Of a stretch of 64,000 nucleotides of DNA, positions 21,187 through 31,268 are shown piece after piece. The stretch lies in the NCBI GenBank assembly GCA_946641515.1, contig CAMPBT010000003.1:56079-120078 (forward strand), written 5' to 3'. This DNA comes from an uncultured Bacillales bacterium (GTDB lineage Bacteria; Bacillota_I; Bacilli_A; RFN20; CAG-449). The translations under genes and the position numbers were made by a program. The stretch's first letter is position 1. Each line of letters begins with the position of its first letter. Under the pieces are notes generated by a model. It searched no databases. It was given only the letters and a program-made list of their open reading frames with translations, and was not told the DNA's origin.

Positions 21187-21444
21187 ATGCAAATATTACC
21201 TATTAAGGATTTAAGAGATACTAATAAAATATCCGATTTATGTAATGAGACTAATGAACCTATATTTATAACTAAAAATGGTTATGGTGATATGGTTGTA
21301 ATGAGTATTAAAACATATGAAGAAAAATTAGAAAGAATTGAAATGTATGAAGCTATAATTGAAGGACTTCAAAATGTCAATGATGGTAAAATTAAAAATG
21401 GACCTTCTGCCATTGAGGAGTTAAAGAAGAAATATGATTTATAG
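21187..21444 (+). CDS. type II antitoxin, Phd/YefM family
   Basis: 85 aa. MQILPIKDLRDTNKISDLCNETNEPIFITKNGYGDMVVMSIKTYEEK matches the Phd/YefM fold pattern. Overlaps the downstream toxin gene by 11 nt. Confidence 0.7.
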   Translation: MQILPIKDLRDTNKISDLCNETNEPIFITKNGYGDMVVMSIKTYEEKLERIEMYEAIIEGLQNVNDGKIKNGPSAIEELKKKYDL

Positions 21445-21733
21445 TTATGAATTAACTGACTTAGTAATAAAAGATATAGATGATACTTTAAATTATATTT
21501 CTAATAAATTATGCAATAAAAAAGCTGCGATTGACTTGATGAATAACATAGAGGCTTGCATAAATAATATATGTGCATTCCCGTTATCTTATCCAAATTG
21601 TAACTATTATTTAATTAAAGATGATTCTATTAGACATGCAGTAATTAAAAATTATATTCTTGTTTTTAAAATTTATGATAATAAGATAGTATTTTTAAGA
21701 TTTAAATACTCAAAGCAAAATACACTTTTATAA
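21434..21733 (+). CDS. type II toxin, RelE/ParE family
   Basis: 99 aa small basic protein immediately downstream of and overlapping a Phd-like antitoxin. C-terminal RelE/ParE-like pattern. Terminator hairpin at 21735-21768. Confidence 0.6.
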   Translation: MIYSYELTDLVIKDIDDTLNYISNKLCNKKAAIDLMNNIEACINNICAFPLSYPNCNYYLIKDDSIRHAVIKNYILVFKIYDNKIVFLRFKYSKQNTLL

Positions 21734-22119
21734 GAATCAGGTGTTTTACTTGATTCTTTTTTAATGGGATAACTTTTCTGGAATATCAAAGACACATGTT
21801 GAAACTATCGCACTTTCGACACGTAAAAATTAATAAAAAACTGCAAAAATATGCAATTTTAGCCACGTTTTGCAGTTTTTCTTTGTTTTTTAAGAGATCA
21901 CTCCATATACATACAATGTCTTATGTACCTGAATATGTGTTTTATCATAAGAAATAGGGGATGTTGACACTATAGGGCTTATAAAATGCTAAAAATGTAA
22001 CTTGTTTAGTTGAACATTCATAATGAGGCAGAGACTATAGAACTTAATTATTTAATTAAGCTTAATTTTTCAATTAAGGATTATGTTTAATTAGTCCAAG
22101 ACCTTATAGAAAAGTAAGT

Positions 22120-22155
22120 CACTTAAGTGTATAATTACACTTAGGTGATTTTTTT
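22120..22155 (+). promoter_or_regulatory. dnaX promoter: extended -10 (TGTATAAT) embedded in an 11-bp inverted repeat that also covers the SD
   Basis: CACTTAAGTGT-ataatt-ACACTTAGGTG inverted repeat with one mismatch. TGTATAAT sits at 22128-22135. The SD AGGTGAT lies in the 3' arm, 8 nt before the ATG at 22156, and is followed by a T7 run. Confidence 0.45.
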
Positions 22156-23820
22156 ATGGCATACAAAGCATTATATAGAACTTATAGACCAACTACATTT
22201 GAAGAAGTATATGGTCAACAACACATTGTTAGAACATTAAAGAACGCATTAAGCGAAAATAAAATTGCTCATGCATATCTTTTCTGTGGTCCTAGAGGTA
22301 CTGGTAAAACTACAATGGCAAGACTCTTTGCAAAGGCATTAAATTGTGAAGAAGGTTTTGGCCATCAATGCAACAAATGTGAAAACTGCGTTGCAATCAG
22401 TGAAGGTACTCATCCAGACGTAATTGAAATCGATGCTGCATCAAATAGAGGTATAGATGATATTAGAGATATCATCGATAAAGTAAAATATGCACCTATT
22501 AAAGGTAAATATAAAGTTTACATTATCGACGAAGTTCATATGATGACTCCAGAAGCTTTCAACGCTCTACTTAAAACATTGGAAGAGCCACCTGCAAATG
22601 TCGTCTTCATTTTAGCGACAACTGAGCCATATAAATTAATGCAAACTATTTTATCTCGTGTACAAAGATATGATTTTACTAAAGTCTCTAACAAAGATTT
22701 AATTAACAATCTTAAAAGAGTCTGTGATGCTGAAAACATCAAATATGATGAAAAGGCACTCGAACTCATCGTCTCTTTATCAGATGGAGGTGTTCGTGAC
22801 TCTTTATCAATGACCGACCAAGCTATCGCTTTCTCAGGAAACAACTTAACACTTGAAAATGTCACTGAACTATTTGGTTTATCCACATTAGAAGAAAAAG
22901 TTGATTTACTTACAAAAGTTTATAAAGGTCAAGTTCTTGAAGCAACTAAGAAATTAGATCAATTAGTAGACCATGGAGTAGATTTAAAAAGATTAACTCA
23001 AGATTTAATCGACATTGTTAAAGATTTATTAATTTTCAAAACTACTCACGATTATTCAATTTTAAGAGTAGTAGATAAAGCAACTGTCGATTCTCTTGAT
23101 ATTCCAAGAAAAACCTTATCAGACATGATTGATATTTTAATGAATGCATACGGTCAATATCGTACAGTTTCAAATATCAAATCATTACTTGAAATTAGTT
23201 TATTAAAGATTTCTTCTCTCTCTTTAGAAGAAGAATCTCCAAAAGTTAAATATGTCGAAAAAGTTGTCGAAGTAGTTAAGCAAGAAGAGTCTCCAAAGGT
23301 ACAAGTAAAACCTACTAATGTAGTAATCAATGCACCTTTACCAAATCCTGCACCTACTCCAAAAGTTGAAGAAAAGAAATTTGTTTCTTTATTCCCTGAT
23401 ATCAAACCTTTAGAAAATGAAGGTGAAGAATATATCTTATCAGAAGAAGATACAATCAACTTAATGCAACAAGGCAATAAAAAAGAAAAAGATTCAGTCA
23501 CTAATAAATGGAATGAACTTGACCAATATTTAGATGATGAAAATATTGGTAAATATGCAAATATCTTACTCAAATGTACTCCAACAATCATTTCAGAAAA
23601 CGTCATAGTTCTTGGAGTAAATTTTGAAAGTTTTGCAAATAAAATTAGAATTAAAGCAAACCAAAAAGGTTTTACAGCATTATTAAAAAAGATTACTGGA
23701 AAAGATTACATCGTCCTTGTTTTATCTAACCAAGAAAGAGTAAATCGAGTCCAAAAATTCATCAATTTAAGACAAGCAGGAAAATTACCTGCTACTTACC
23801 CAATTGAAATTAAGTTCTAG
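22156..23820 (+). CDS. dnaX: DNA polymerase III subunits gamma/tau
   Basis: 554 aa. AAA+ Walker A GPRGTGKTT, zinc module CxxC...CxxC, and SRC motif (ILSRVQRYDF). Confidence 0.95.
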   Translation: MAYKALYRTYRPTTFEEVYGQQHIVRTLKNALSENKIAHAYLFCGPRGTGKTTMARLFAKALNCEEGFGHQCNKCENCVAISEGTHPDVIEIDAASNRGIDDIRDIIDKVKYAPIKGKYKVYIIDEVHMMTPEAFNALLKTLEEPPANVVFILATTEPYKLMQTILSRVQRYDFTKVSNKDLINNLKRVCDAENIKYDEKALELIVSLSDGGVRDSLSMTDQAIAFSGNNLTLENVTELFGLSTLEEKVDLLTKVYKGQVLEATKKLDQLVDHGVDLKRLTQDLIDIVKDLLIFKTTHDYSILRVVDKATVDSLDIPRKTLSDMIDILMNAYGQYRTVSNIKSLLEISLLKISSLSLEEESPKVKYVEKVVEVVKQEESPKVQVKPTNVVINAPLPNPAPTPKVEEKKFVSLFPDIKPLENEGEEYILSEEDTINLMQQGNKKEKDSVTNKWNELDQYLDDENIGKYANILLKCTPTIISENVIVLGVNFESFANKIRIKANQKGFTALLKKITGKDYIVLVLSNQERVNRVQKFINLRQAGKLPATYPIEIKF

Positions 23821-23834
23821 GAGGAAATATAAAT

Positions 23835-24131
23835 ATGAACATGCAAGCAATGTTAATGCAAGCTCAAAAAATGCAAAGAGATATGCAAAAAGCTCAAAAA
23901 CAATTAGAAGAAACATTATTCGAGCTTGAATCTGCAGGAGGAGCAATCAAAATCTCTTACTACGGAAATAGAAAGATTGAAAAAATCGACATCGATGAAG
24001 ATGCTTTAGACGATAAAGAAATGTTAGAAGATATGCTTAAAATCGCTATCAACGAAGTAAATGACAGAGTTTATGAAGCAGAACAAGCTATCCAAAATAA
24101 ATTCACAAAAGGTATGAAGATGCCTTTCTAA
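23835..24131 (+). CDS. ybaB: nucleoid-associated protein YbaB/EbfC
   Basis: 98 aa. MNMQAMLMQAQKMQRDMQKAQKQLEE... typical of YbaB. Conserved dnaX-ybaB-recR order. Confidence 0.9.
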   Translation: MNMQAMLMQAQKMQRDMQKAQKQLEETLFELESAGGAIKISYYGNRKIEKIDIDEDALDDKEMLEDMLKIAINEVNDRVYEAEQAIQNKFTKGMKMPF

Positions 24132-24140
24132 TATTTAGTT

Positions 24141-24746
24141 ATGGAACAGTTTGATACTATTGAACAATTAATTAATGCTTTTAGAAAATTACCAGGTGTA
24201 GGAGTCAAATCTGCAGAACGTATGGCGTATCAAATGCTAGATTCTAAAAAAGAAACTAGAGATGAAATGATTGAAGCGTTACGTTCAATTGAAACAATTA
24301 CTAAATGCCCTACATGTGGTTCATATCAAGAAAATGGAATTTGTCCATTCTGTAATGATGAGTCTAGAAGTGATGAAACTATTGTCGTTACATCTTTCTT
24401 TAAAGATGCTTTAGCATTTGAAAAATTAAAAACATATCATGGTTTATACCACATTTTAAACGGTTCTATTTCTCCTTCAAAAGGAGTAGGCGTTAACGAT
24501 ATTAACATTCCTTCTCTATTTGAAAGATTAAAAGGTAGTAACACTAAAGAAGTAATTCTTGCTACTAACCCAACTCTTGAAGGTGAAACAACTGCTTTAT
24601 ATATTTCAAAATTACTTGAGAAATATCCACAAATTAAAGTCACTAGATTAGCATATGGTCTACCTATGGGTGCCCAGCTTGACTATGCTGACGAATTAAC
24701 TCTAACTAAAGCCCTAGAAGGTAGAAGTGAAATCAGAAAGGACTAA
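24141..24746 (+). CDS. recR: recombination protein RecR
   Basis: 201 aa. HhH region (LPGVGVKSAERMAY), C4 zinc finger CPTCGS...CPFC, and Toprim. Confidence 0.93.
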   Translation: MEQFDTIEQLINAFRKLPGVGVKSAERMAYQMLDSKKETRDEMIEALRSIETITKCPTCGSYQENGICPFCNDESRSDETIVVTSFFKDALAFEKLKTYHGLYHILNGSISPSKGVGVNDINIPSLFERLKGSNTKEVILATNPTLEGETTALYISKLLEKYPQIKVTRLAYGLPMGAQLDYADELTLTKALEGRSEIRKD

Positions 24747-24750
24747 TATA

Positions 24751-25383
24751 ATGTCAAAAGGATTATTTATTACTTTAGAAGGACCTGAAGGATCAGGTAA
24801 ATCATCTGCAATCAAAATTGTTGTAGAAAAATTAAAAGCTCTTGGATACGAAATCGTCATGACTCGTGAACCAGGAGGAACACCAATTTCCGAGCAGATT
24901 AGAAACGTCATCTTAGACAACAATAATACAGAAGAAGATCCTCGTACTGAAGCATTATTATATGCAGCATCAAGAAGACAACACTTAGTAGAAAAGATTT
25001 GGCCTGCAATTAATGAAGGCAAAATCGTCATTTGCGATAGATATTTAGATTCTTCTTTAGCGTATCAAGGACACGCTAGAGGACTTGGCATCGATAACAT
25101 TTTAAAAGTTAACGAATACGCTACAGAAGGTACATTCCCTGATTTAACTTTATTATTTGATATTGAACCAGAAATCGGCTTTGAAAGAATTAATAAAAAC
25201 AAAGATCGTGAAGTTAATAGATTAGATAAAGAAGCTCTCTCTTTCCATCACAAAGTAAGAGAAGGATATCTATTATTATCTAAACGTTTCTCTGATAGAT
25301 ATGAAGTAATTGATGCTTCAAAAGACTTAGACACAGTCGTAAATAATGTCTATAACGTAATTTTAAAAAGATTAGGAAAATAA
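24751..25383 (+). CDS. tmk: thymidylate kinase
   Basis: ORF 24727..25383. I prefer the ATG at 24751 (MSKGLFITLEGPEGSGKSS, P-loop), which has AAAGGA 9 nt upstream. DRY motif present. Confidence 0.92.
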   Translation: MSKGLFITLEGPEGSGKSSAIKIVVEKLKALGYEIVMTREPGGTPISEQIRNVILDNNNTEEDPRTEALLYAASRRQHLVEKIWPAINEGKIVICDRYLDSSLAYQGHARGLGIDNILKVNEYATEGTFPDLTLLFDIEPEIGFERINKNKDREVNRLDKEALSFHHKVREGYLLLSKRFSDRYEVIDASKDLDTVVNNVYNVILKRLGK

Positions 25384-26370
25384 ATGGAATTTAAAGAATA
25401 TCTCAAAACTAAACAAAAATTTGTCTACAACACTTTTAAAAATGCTTTATCTTTAAATAGATTATCTCAAGCATATTTAATTAAAGGTGGAGATGGTGCA
25501 CCAGTCCTTGAGACTGCTCTTTTCCTTGCAAAATCTTTAGTTTGTGAAGAAGGAAGTGACCTTGCGGACAACACTTGTTTAAACTGTATTAGATTTGATG
25601 AAGGTAATTACAGTGATTTTATGTTAATTGATGGTAAAAAACAAACTATCAAAGTAGGAGACATTGAAGCACTTGAAGAATTCTTATCTTCTTCATCTAT
25701 GGAAAAAGCTGGTAAAAAAATATATATTATCAACTGTTTTGAGAATTCAAATAAAGAAGCAGTAAATGCTCTACTTAAAACTCTAGAAGAACCTGCTCCT
25801 AACGTCCACGCTTTTATTACTACTGAAAATGAAGCTAAGCTTCTTCCTACTATCATCTCTCGTTGCCAAGTATTAAATTTATTACCAGGCTCAAAAGATT
25901 TAGTAGTAGAAGATGTAATAAATAAAGGTGTAGAAAAAGAAGATGCAGAAATACTTTCTTCTTTATATTCAAATGAAGAAGCAATTTTAAATAACATCAA
26001 CGATGATACATATAAAACTTGTAAAAAATGTTTATTAAAAACTATCGATGAATTACAAGTTAGTTCATCTAGAGCATTATACAGTCTTCAAGCAGAAATA
26101 GAAAAAGATATCAACACTAAAGAAACATTAAGAATGTACTTAGATTTATTAAGTGTTCTATTTAAAGATTTAGTTTCTTTAGAAGCTTCTTCCTCTTTAT
26201 TACTAGAAAGTAAAAAAGAAGAATTAAAATTAATCTCAAAAAATATTAAAAATTCAGAAAAGATATATCTAGAAATCGTCTTAACAAGAGGTAAGATTGA
26301 AGAAAATATCTCTACTGCATTAATCTTAGAACATATATTCATCTACATTATTAAAGAAGGAGGTAAATAA
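25384..26370 (+). CDS. holB: DNA polymerase III delta' subunit
   Basis: 328 aa. AAA+-like N-terminal region with SRC-like ISRCQVLNL and the zinc-module remnant CEEGSDLADNTCLNC. Positioned after tmk as in Bacillus. Confidence 0.75.
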   Translation: MEFKEYLKTKQKFVYNTFKNALSLNRLSQAYLIKGGDGAPVLETALFLAKSLVCEEGSDLADNTCLNCIRFDEGNYSDFMLIDGKKQTIKVGDIEALEEFLSSSSMEKAGKKIYIINCFENSNKEAVNALLKTLEEPAPNVHAFITTENEAKLLPTIISRCQVLNLLPGSKDLVVEDVINKGVEKEDAEILSSLYSNEEAILNNINDDTYKTCKKCLLKTIDELQVSSSRALYSLQAEIEKDINTKETLRMYLDLLSVLFKDLVSLEASSSLLLESKKEELKLISKNIKNSEKIYLEIVLTRGKIEENISTALILEHIFIYIIKEGGK

Positions 26371-26371
26371 C

Positions 26372-27274
26372 ATGGCAGAAAAAATATTATTTCCAGTAAG
26401 AATTCTATCTTTAAATAGAACATTCTTTTTCATCGCTGAAAAAGACGAATTTAAAGTTGGAGATCTAGCAATTTGTGAAACTACTAGAGGAAGAGAACTC
26501 GGAGAAATTACTGGTCCTTCTATTAAAAAAGAAGTAGAAAACGAACAAGAATTTCCTACTATCGTTACTAAAGGTGATAAAAACGATTTAATTATCTATA
26601 ACAAGAATATTGAACTTGGAGAACAGGCAAAAAAAGCATGTCAAGAATGTGCAGATAAATTAAATCTTGATATGAAAGTAGTCTCTGCAGATTACACCTT
26701 AGATCAAACAAAAGTCACTATTTATTATTTATCAGATTCTCGTGTTGATTTTAGGGAATTATTAAAAGACCTTGCAAACGTCTTACACTGCCGTCTTGAT
26801 TTAAGACAAATTGGTACAAGAGACAAAGCAAAAATGGTCGGAGGCATTGGTATCTGTGGTCTTAAACTTTGCTGTGCTTCATTCTTAAATGAATTCGATG
26901 GTATTTCAATTACTATGGCAAAGAACCAGATGCTTGCATTAAATATTCCTAAATTATCCGGTCACTGTGGAAAACTTATTTGCTGTTTAAAATTTGAAAA
27001 TGATGCATACACAGAACTTCAAAAAGACCTCCCACGTATTGGAGCCCACGTCCGTTACGAAGGTGGTATTTATAAAATCACTTCAATGAACGTCATCACT
27101 AAAATGATTAGAATTGAAAATAAAGAAAACATTCAAGTTTTACCATATAAAGATATTCAAGATTCAATCTTAACAAAAGAAGAATTTGCAAAAATCAATC
27201 AGCTTAGACAACAGTCTTTCCAGCAAAAAGCTAACGATTCAAAAAAGGATGTAAATAAAGATGCAAAGGATTAA
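26372..27274 (+). CDS. PSP1-domain protein (YaaT/RicT-like)
   Basis: 300 aa. PSP1 C-terminal-type region with Cys cluster (GICGLKLCCASFL...CGKLICCLKFE). Synteny holB-yaaT-rsmI. Confidence 0.75.
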   Translation: MAEKILFPVRILSLNRTFFFIAEKDEFKVGDLAICETTRGRELGEITGPSIKKEVENEQEFPTIVTKGDKNDLIIYNKNIELGEQAKKACQECADKLNLDMKVVSADYTLDQTKVTIYYLSDSRVDFRELLKDLANVLHCRLDLRQIGTRDKAKMVGGIGICGLKLCCASFLNEFDGISITMAKNQMLALNIPKLSGHCGKLICCLKFENDAYTELQKDLPRIGAHVRYEGGIYKITSMNVITKMIRIENKENIQVLPYKDIQDSILTKEEFAKINQLRQQSFQQKANDSKKDVNKDAKD

Positions 27275-28109
27275 AAGTTTTGAACGTGACGCAATATTAT
27301 ATGTAATTGCAACACCTATTGGTAACTTAAAAGAATTCTCTCCACGTGCAAAAGAAGCAATTTCTGAAGCAGATTATGTTGCAAGTGAAGACACAAGAAC
27401 CACTGCTCAGCTCTTAAGTAATTTTGGTTTATCTAAACCTTCTATTTCTTATCACGAGCATAATGAACAAGAAGCTTCAGTTAAAATCATTTCTTTACTT
27501 GAACAAGGCAAAAAAATTGCCTTAACTTCTGATGCAGGATATCCTGGTATTTCTGATCCTGGTTCAATTCTAATTAAACACTGTATTGAACACGATATTC
27601 CAGTTTCTATTATCAACGGATCTAATGCATTTATCCCTGCACTTGTCGGTTCTGGACTTGATACTACTCATTTCTATTTCCACGGTTTCTTAGATTCTAG
27701 AAATTCATTAAAAAGAAAAGAATTAGAACTCCAAAAGAATAGAAAAGAAACAATGATTTTCTATGAATCACCTCATAGAATTATTGAAACATTAACTGAT
27801 ATGTATGAAATTCTCGGAGATAGACAAGTATCACTTGCTAGAGAAATTACAAAATTACATGAAGAATATATTCGTGGTAAATTAAGTGAATTAAAAGATA
27901 TCGACCCAACCACATTAAAAGGTGAAATGGTTGTCGTAGTTGAAGGAAATAAAGAAATCAAAGTTCTTTCTGAAGATGATGTAATTAATATTATTAAAGA
28001 AGAACTTGCCTCTGGTAAATCAAAAAAAGACGTTATCAAAGAAGTAACAGAACAATATTCTTTAAAGAAGAATTATGTCTACGCTTTAGTAAATTCAATT
28101 AAAGGCTAA
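27261..28109 (+). CDS. rsmI: 16S rRNA (cytidine1402-2'-O)-methyltransferase RsmI
   Basis: 282 aa. Tetrapyrrole-methylase fold motifs LYVIATPIGNLKE and SDAGYPGISDPG. Confidence 0.88.
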   Translation: MQRIKSFERDAILYVIATPIGNLKEFSPRAKEAISEADYVASEDTRTTAQLLSNFGLSKPSISYHEHNEQEASVKIISLLEQGKKIALTSDAGYPGISDPGSILIKHCIEHDIPVSIINGSNAFIPALVGSGLDTTHFYFHGFLDSRNSLKRKELELQKNRKETMIFYESPHRIIETLTDMYEILGDRQVSLAREITKLHEEYIRGKLSELKDIDPTTLKGEMVVVVEGNKEIKVLSEDDVINIIKEELASGKSKKDVIKEVTEQYSLKKNYVYALVNSIKG

Positions 28110-28110
28110 A

Positions 28111-28148
28111 AACTACTACACATCAAAGTGTAGTAGCTTTTTTTATAA
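28111..28148. terminator. bidirectional intrinsic terminator between rsmI (+) and the yfhO-like gene (-)
   Basis: AAAAACTACTACACATCAAAGTGTAGTAGCTTTTTTT: an 11-bp stem flanked by A-run and T-run. Confidence 0.8.
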
Positions 28149-31100
28149 ATTCTTTATCTTCTCTAACAACTGTTAAAGAATAATAAAGTAACGCTAAGAA
28201 CATGCTACCAATAGCAAATCCTAGAGCACCGGTACTTAATTTAGGAGTACAGTAAGATAATGAATAAGATACATTTCCTTCAGGAACTAAGAAAGAAATA
28301 AATCCACCGTTACCTTTATATAAATCAATATTAGTATATTCTCCGTTAATTAAGGCTTTTAAAGACCATCCTTCATCATAAGGAACACTTAATACGGCAA
28401 GGCGTTCAAAAGGGTTAGAAGTTCTAAAAGTAATGTTATTTGATGTATTTACTTTAACATCTAAAAAAGGATATTTCTTTTGTTCATCCATTCTAGCTTT
28501 ATAAGTATCATAATATTCATAAGTAACATCAGGTTTAACTAAATAATTAGCTTTACCTAAAGTATCATAGACAACTATTTCAATCTTATAAACCTGATCA
28601 TTAACATAGAAGCCACGATCATATTTATAATCATATGTTTTATTATAACCATGTTTTAGATGTCTATCTTTAGCAAGAACAATTTCTTTATCGTCCGCAT
28701 CTTTTCCATATAAAGTAATTTCAAGGTTTTCACCCATTCTTTGTTTAACAGTAATGAAGGCTCCTCCTCTTTCTTTAGCATCTGGAGCAATTCTTGTACC
28801 TTCGTCACCATTTCTAGATTCAGGAGAACAATCTACAACAAGCTTAGAATTCCATTTTAAGCCGGTAGCTTTTTCTTGAGTGTACGCTCCTATGTCGTTA
28901 TTTTGTACAAATTTATGAGTATTTTCATTCCATTCTGCAGAATAAACTTCTACTCTCTTAGAAGGAATAAATACTTGATTTACTTCACCTTCAAAATATG
29001 AACCATAATAAAGTGAATTCTTATAATTAAGACTATCTTTATTAGTCAATTTATCTTTTATAGATAAATAATCTTCTTCTTTTAAAACTGCATTCTTAGT
29101 AAATAAATATTCATTTTTAACTGTATATGCTTTATATGAATAAGAATAAGTTCCATTGTATGAATCAGAATATCTAATTGCCTCTTTATTAACGACAGTA
29201 TCATAAGTAAAACCTAAATCAACATAATTAGGATTTTCATATAAGACTCTATTATTCTCTCTACCAATTTCTTTTAATCCAAAAGGAATATTCTTATCAG
29301 TATCATGTAATAAATAATATTTAGTACCTAAGAAAGATTCAAAATTAATAATCTTTTCATGGTCTCCCATAGACCAGCCTTTATAACCATAAGAATAATG
29401 AGTCCAATCAATAAAGTCTTGTAAATCATATCCATATATTGAATGGAAAGTGCCTAGCCCATTATATCCTTCTACCATTTCAATATTGTTATACGTTCTA
29501 GTCATTGAGGTGTTAAAAACGCGGTAATAACCTTGATCTTCTTTAATTTTCTCAATTAATTTAGATTCATTCTTTAATGACTCAAAGCCTCCATAAGTAG
29601 AAGCATATGATGATGTACCTTGGAACTGTAATAAGATATTTCCCATAACTATTACTTCAAGTGCCGTCGCCCATTTTAAGGTCTTTAACATATTAGGACT
29701 ATATAATTTAAATCTCATATATAAATATAAGATAAGTGTATAGCCCATTTGAACATAAACTAAGATTCTAGAGTCTGCGACAAACTCTTTAGTACCCGAT
29801 GAATTTTGTAGTTTTAAAGCATAGACAAAAAGCAAGATTTGCATTGCTAGAACAAAGACAACTGAGATATCTAAATAAAATCTAGGCATCTTCTTAACTT
29901 GTTCAAAACTAATTGCCATATAGATAGCAACACAGTTAACTACAAATAATTGCCATCTACCATAACTTACATTAGTAAATCCTGAGAAGCAATAATACGC
30001 AAAAGGAGTAAAGAGTAATGCACATAATCCAATAAAACCTAGAATATGAGATATCTTCTTATTTCTAATAGAATTAATTAAAGAAGGAAGAAGCATAAGC
30101 ATTGTTGGAGTATATAAGAATAATGAACATAAAGTATTATCATAACCTGTATTATTAAACAACAAATGATCATAGCAAGATACTGTTGGATAGAAGAATG
30201 ATACTGCAGGATACATATAAGTCTTCGCATTATTACTTGTATCAAATACCATCACTATCTTAAAGAATGCTTTTAAGTTCTTTCCAAATGTAGAAAAATC
30301 TTTAGATGTAAAATTTTCTTTCAAAGCTTCTAAAGTATCTTTTAAAGAAGATAAATAAGAAGTAGAAGAAGACGCTCGCGAAGAATTTAATGCAACTCTA
30401 AAACAAGGTAAAACAATGCAAGAACACATTGTGAGTCCCACTGCAAAGCCTAAAATTCCTAGACCTACAACACTCCAACCTTCTTTAGGAGTATAATTTT
30501 TCACATTCTGGAAGAATCTAAATAATGAATATAGTACTCCACAGAAACAAAAAGAAATTAAGAAGAAATAATTAGTAATGCCAATTAGGAAAACACTAAA
30601 AACTAATAAAGCAGGTTTTCTTTCTTGAATAACTTTTTCTATTCCATAAATCATTAACGGGAATAATACTGCAATCTCTAAGAAATGGTTAAACCATAAA
30701 TAATACATAGCCCAACCAGAGAAACCATAGCAAAGTGCCACTACTCTAGAAACATCTTCACTAATCTTAAACATATTATTTAAGAGTTTCTTCATAACTA
30801 AACCTGCTAAAACAAATTTAGTAAGAATCATAAAGGCTTGAGCTTGAGGTACTAAAAATCTAGGAACAAGTAATACTGGTAAAAAGAAAACATTAAATAA
30901 ATAATAAAATGAGTTAGAGCCAATATTATTAGCGCCTAAATTAGTATTAGAATCCCAGAAAGGAAATTCACCTGTCCTAAAGAATGTCCACCAATCATCA
31001 TATCCATTGTAATAAAAAGGTATTTCTTGGATGACAAAATCTCCACTTACTGGAATAACAAAATAGTTTTGAATTAAGACATATCCAAAAGCAAGTAAGC

Positions 31101-31266
31101 CTACTAAATATAAAAGTAAAGCAAACCTTACATCTGAATAACAAAAAATGTGACGATATAAAAAGTTTCCCACTTTTTTCATCACATCATGAAATGACGT
31201 GGATAAATACCACGTTAAAAATTTACTATTAGCAATTTTCCCTTTCACTTTATTTATTATAATCAT
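28123..31266 (-). CDS. YfhO-family large polytopic membrane protein (putative glycosyltransferase-like)
   Basis: 1047 aa. More than 12 predicted TM helices, then a large extracytoplasmic C-terminal domain, and a final TM (ALGFAIGSMFLALLYYSL). Architecture typical of YfhO proteins. The start may instead be Met at 31182. Confidence 0.65.
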   Translation of the reverse strand: MIIINKVKGKIANSKFLTWYLSTSFHDVMKKVGNFLYRHIFCYSDVRFALLLYLVGLLAFGYVLIQNYFVIPVSGDFVIQEIPFYYNGYDDWWTFFRTGEFPFWDSNTNLGANNIGSNSFYYLFNVFFLPVLLVPRFLVPQAQAFMILTKFVLAGLVMKKLLNNMFKISEDVSRVVALCYGFSGWAMYYLWFNHFLEIAVLFPLMIYGIEKVIQERKPALLVFSVFLIGITNYFFLISFCFCGVLYSLFRFFQNVKNYTPKEGWSVVGLGILGFAVGLTMCSCIVLPCFRVALNSSRASSSTSYLSSLKDTLEALKENFTSKDFSTFGKNLKAFFKIVMVFDTSNNAKTYMYPAVSFFYPTVSCYDHLLFNNTGYDNTLCSLFLYTPTMLMLLPSLINSIRNKKISHILGFIGLCALLFTPFAYYCFSGFTNVSYGRWQLFVVNCVAIYMAISFEQVKKMPRFYLDISVVFVLAMQILLFVYALKLQNSSGTKEFVADSRILVYVQMGYTLILYLYMRFKLYSPNMLKTLKWATALEVIVMGNILLQFQGTSSYASTYGGFESLKNESKLIEKIKEDQGYYRVFNTSMTRTYNNIEMVEGYNGLGTFHSIYGYDLQDFIDWTHYSYGYKGWSMGDHEKIINFESFLGTKYYLLHDTDKNIPFGLKEIGRENNRVLYENPNYVDLGFTYDTVVNKEAIRYSDSYNGTYSYSYKAYTVKNEYLFTKNAVLKEEDYLSIKDKLTNKDSLNYKNSLYYGSYFEGEVNQVFIPSKRVEVYSAEWNENTHKFVQNNDIGAYTQEKATGLKWNSKLVVDCSPESRNGDEGTRIAPDAKERGGAFITVKQRMGENLEITLYGKDADDKEIVLAKDRHLKHGYNKTYDYKYDRGFYVNDQVYKIEIVVYDTLGKANYLVKPDVTYEYYDTYKARMDEQKKYPFLDVKVNTSNNITFRTSNPFERLAVLSVPYDEGWSLKALINGEYTNIDLYKGNGGFISFLVPEGNVSYSLSYCTPKLSTGALGFAIGSMFLALLYYSLTVVREDKEFIKKATTL

Positions 31267-31268
31267 AA

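Noticed and set aside
21780-22150. SRP RNA (scr/ffs) expected upstream of dnaX by Bacillus synteny
   Set aside because: No segment resembling the conserved domain-IV hairpin (GGUGCUGUUUACCAGG...GGAAGCAGCCA) on either strand. Only a terminator hairpin and promoter elements are present.
28123-31266. DnaA-box cluster or oriC near the origin-proximal gene set (dnaX, recR, dnaB, rplI)
   Set aside because: I looked for TTATCCACA/TGTGGATAA clusters in the larger spacers and found no convincing multi-box array, only a single imperfect GTGGATAAA within the yfhO-like coding sequence. dnaA and dnaN are not in the window.
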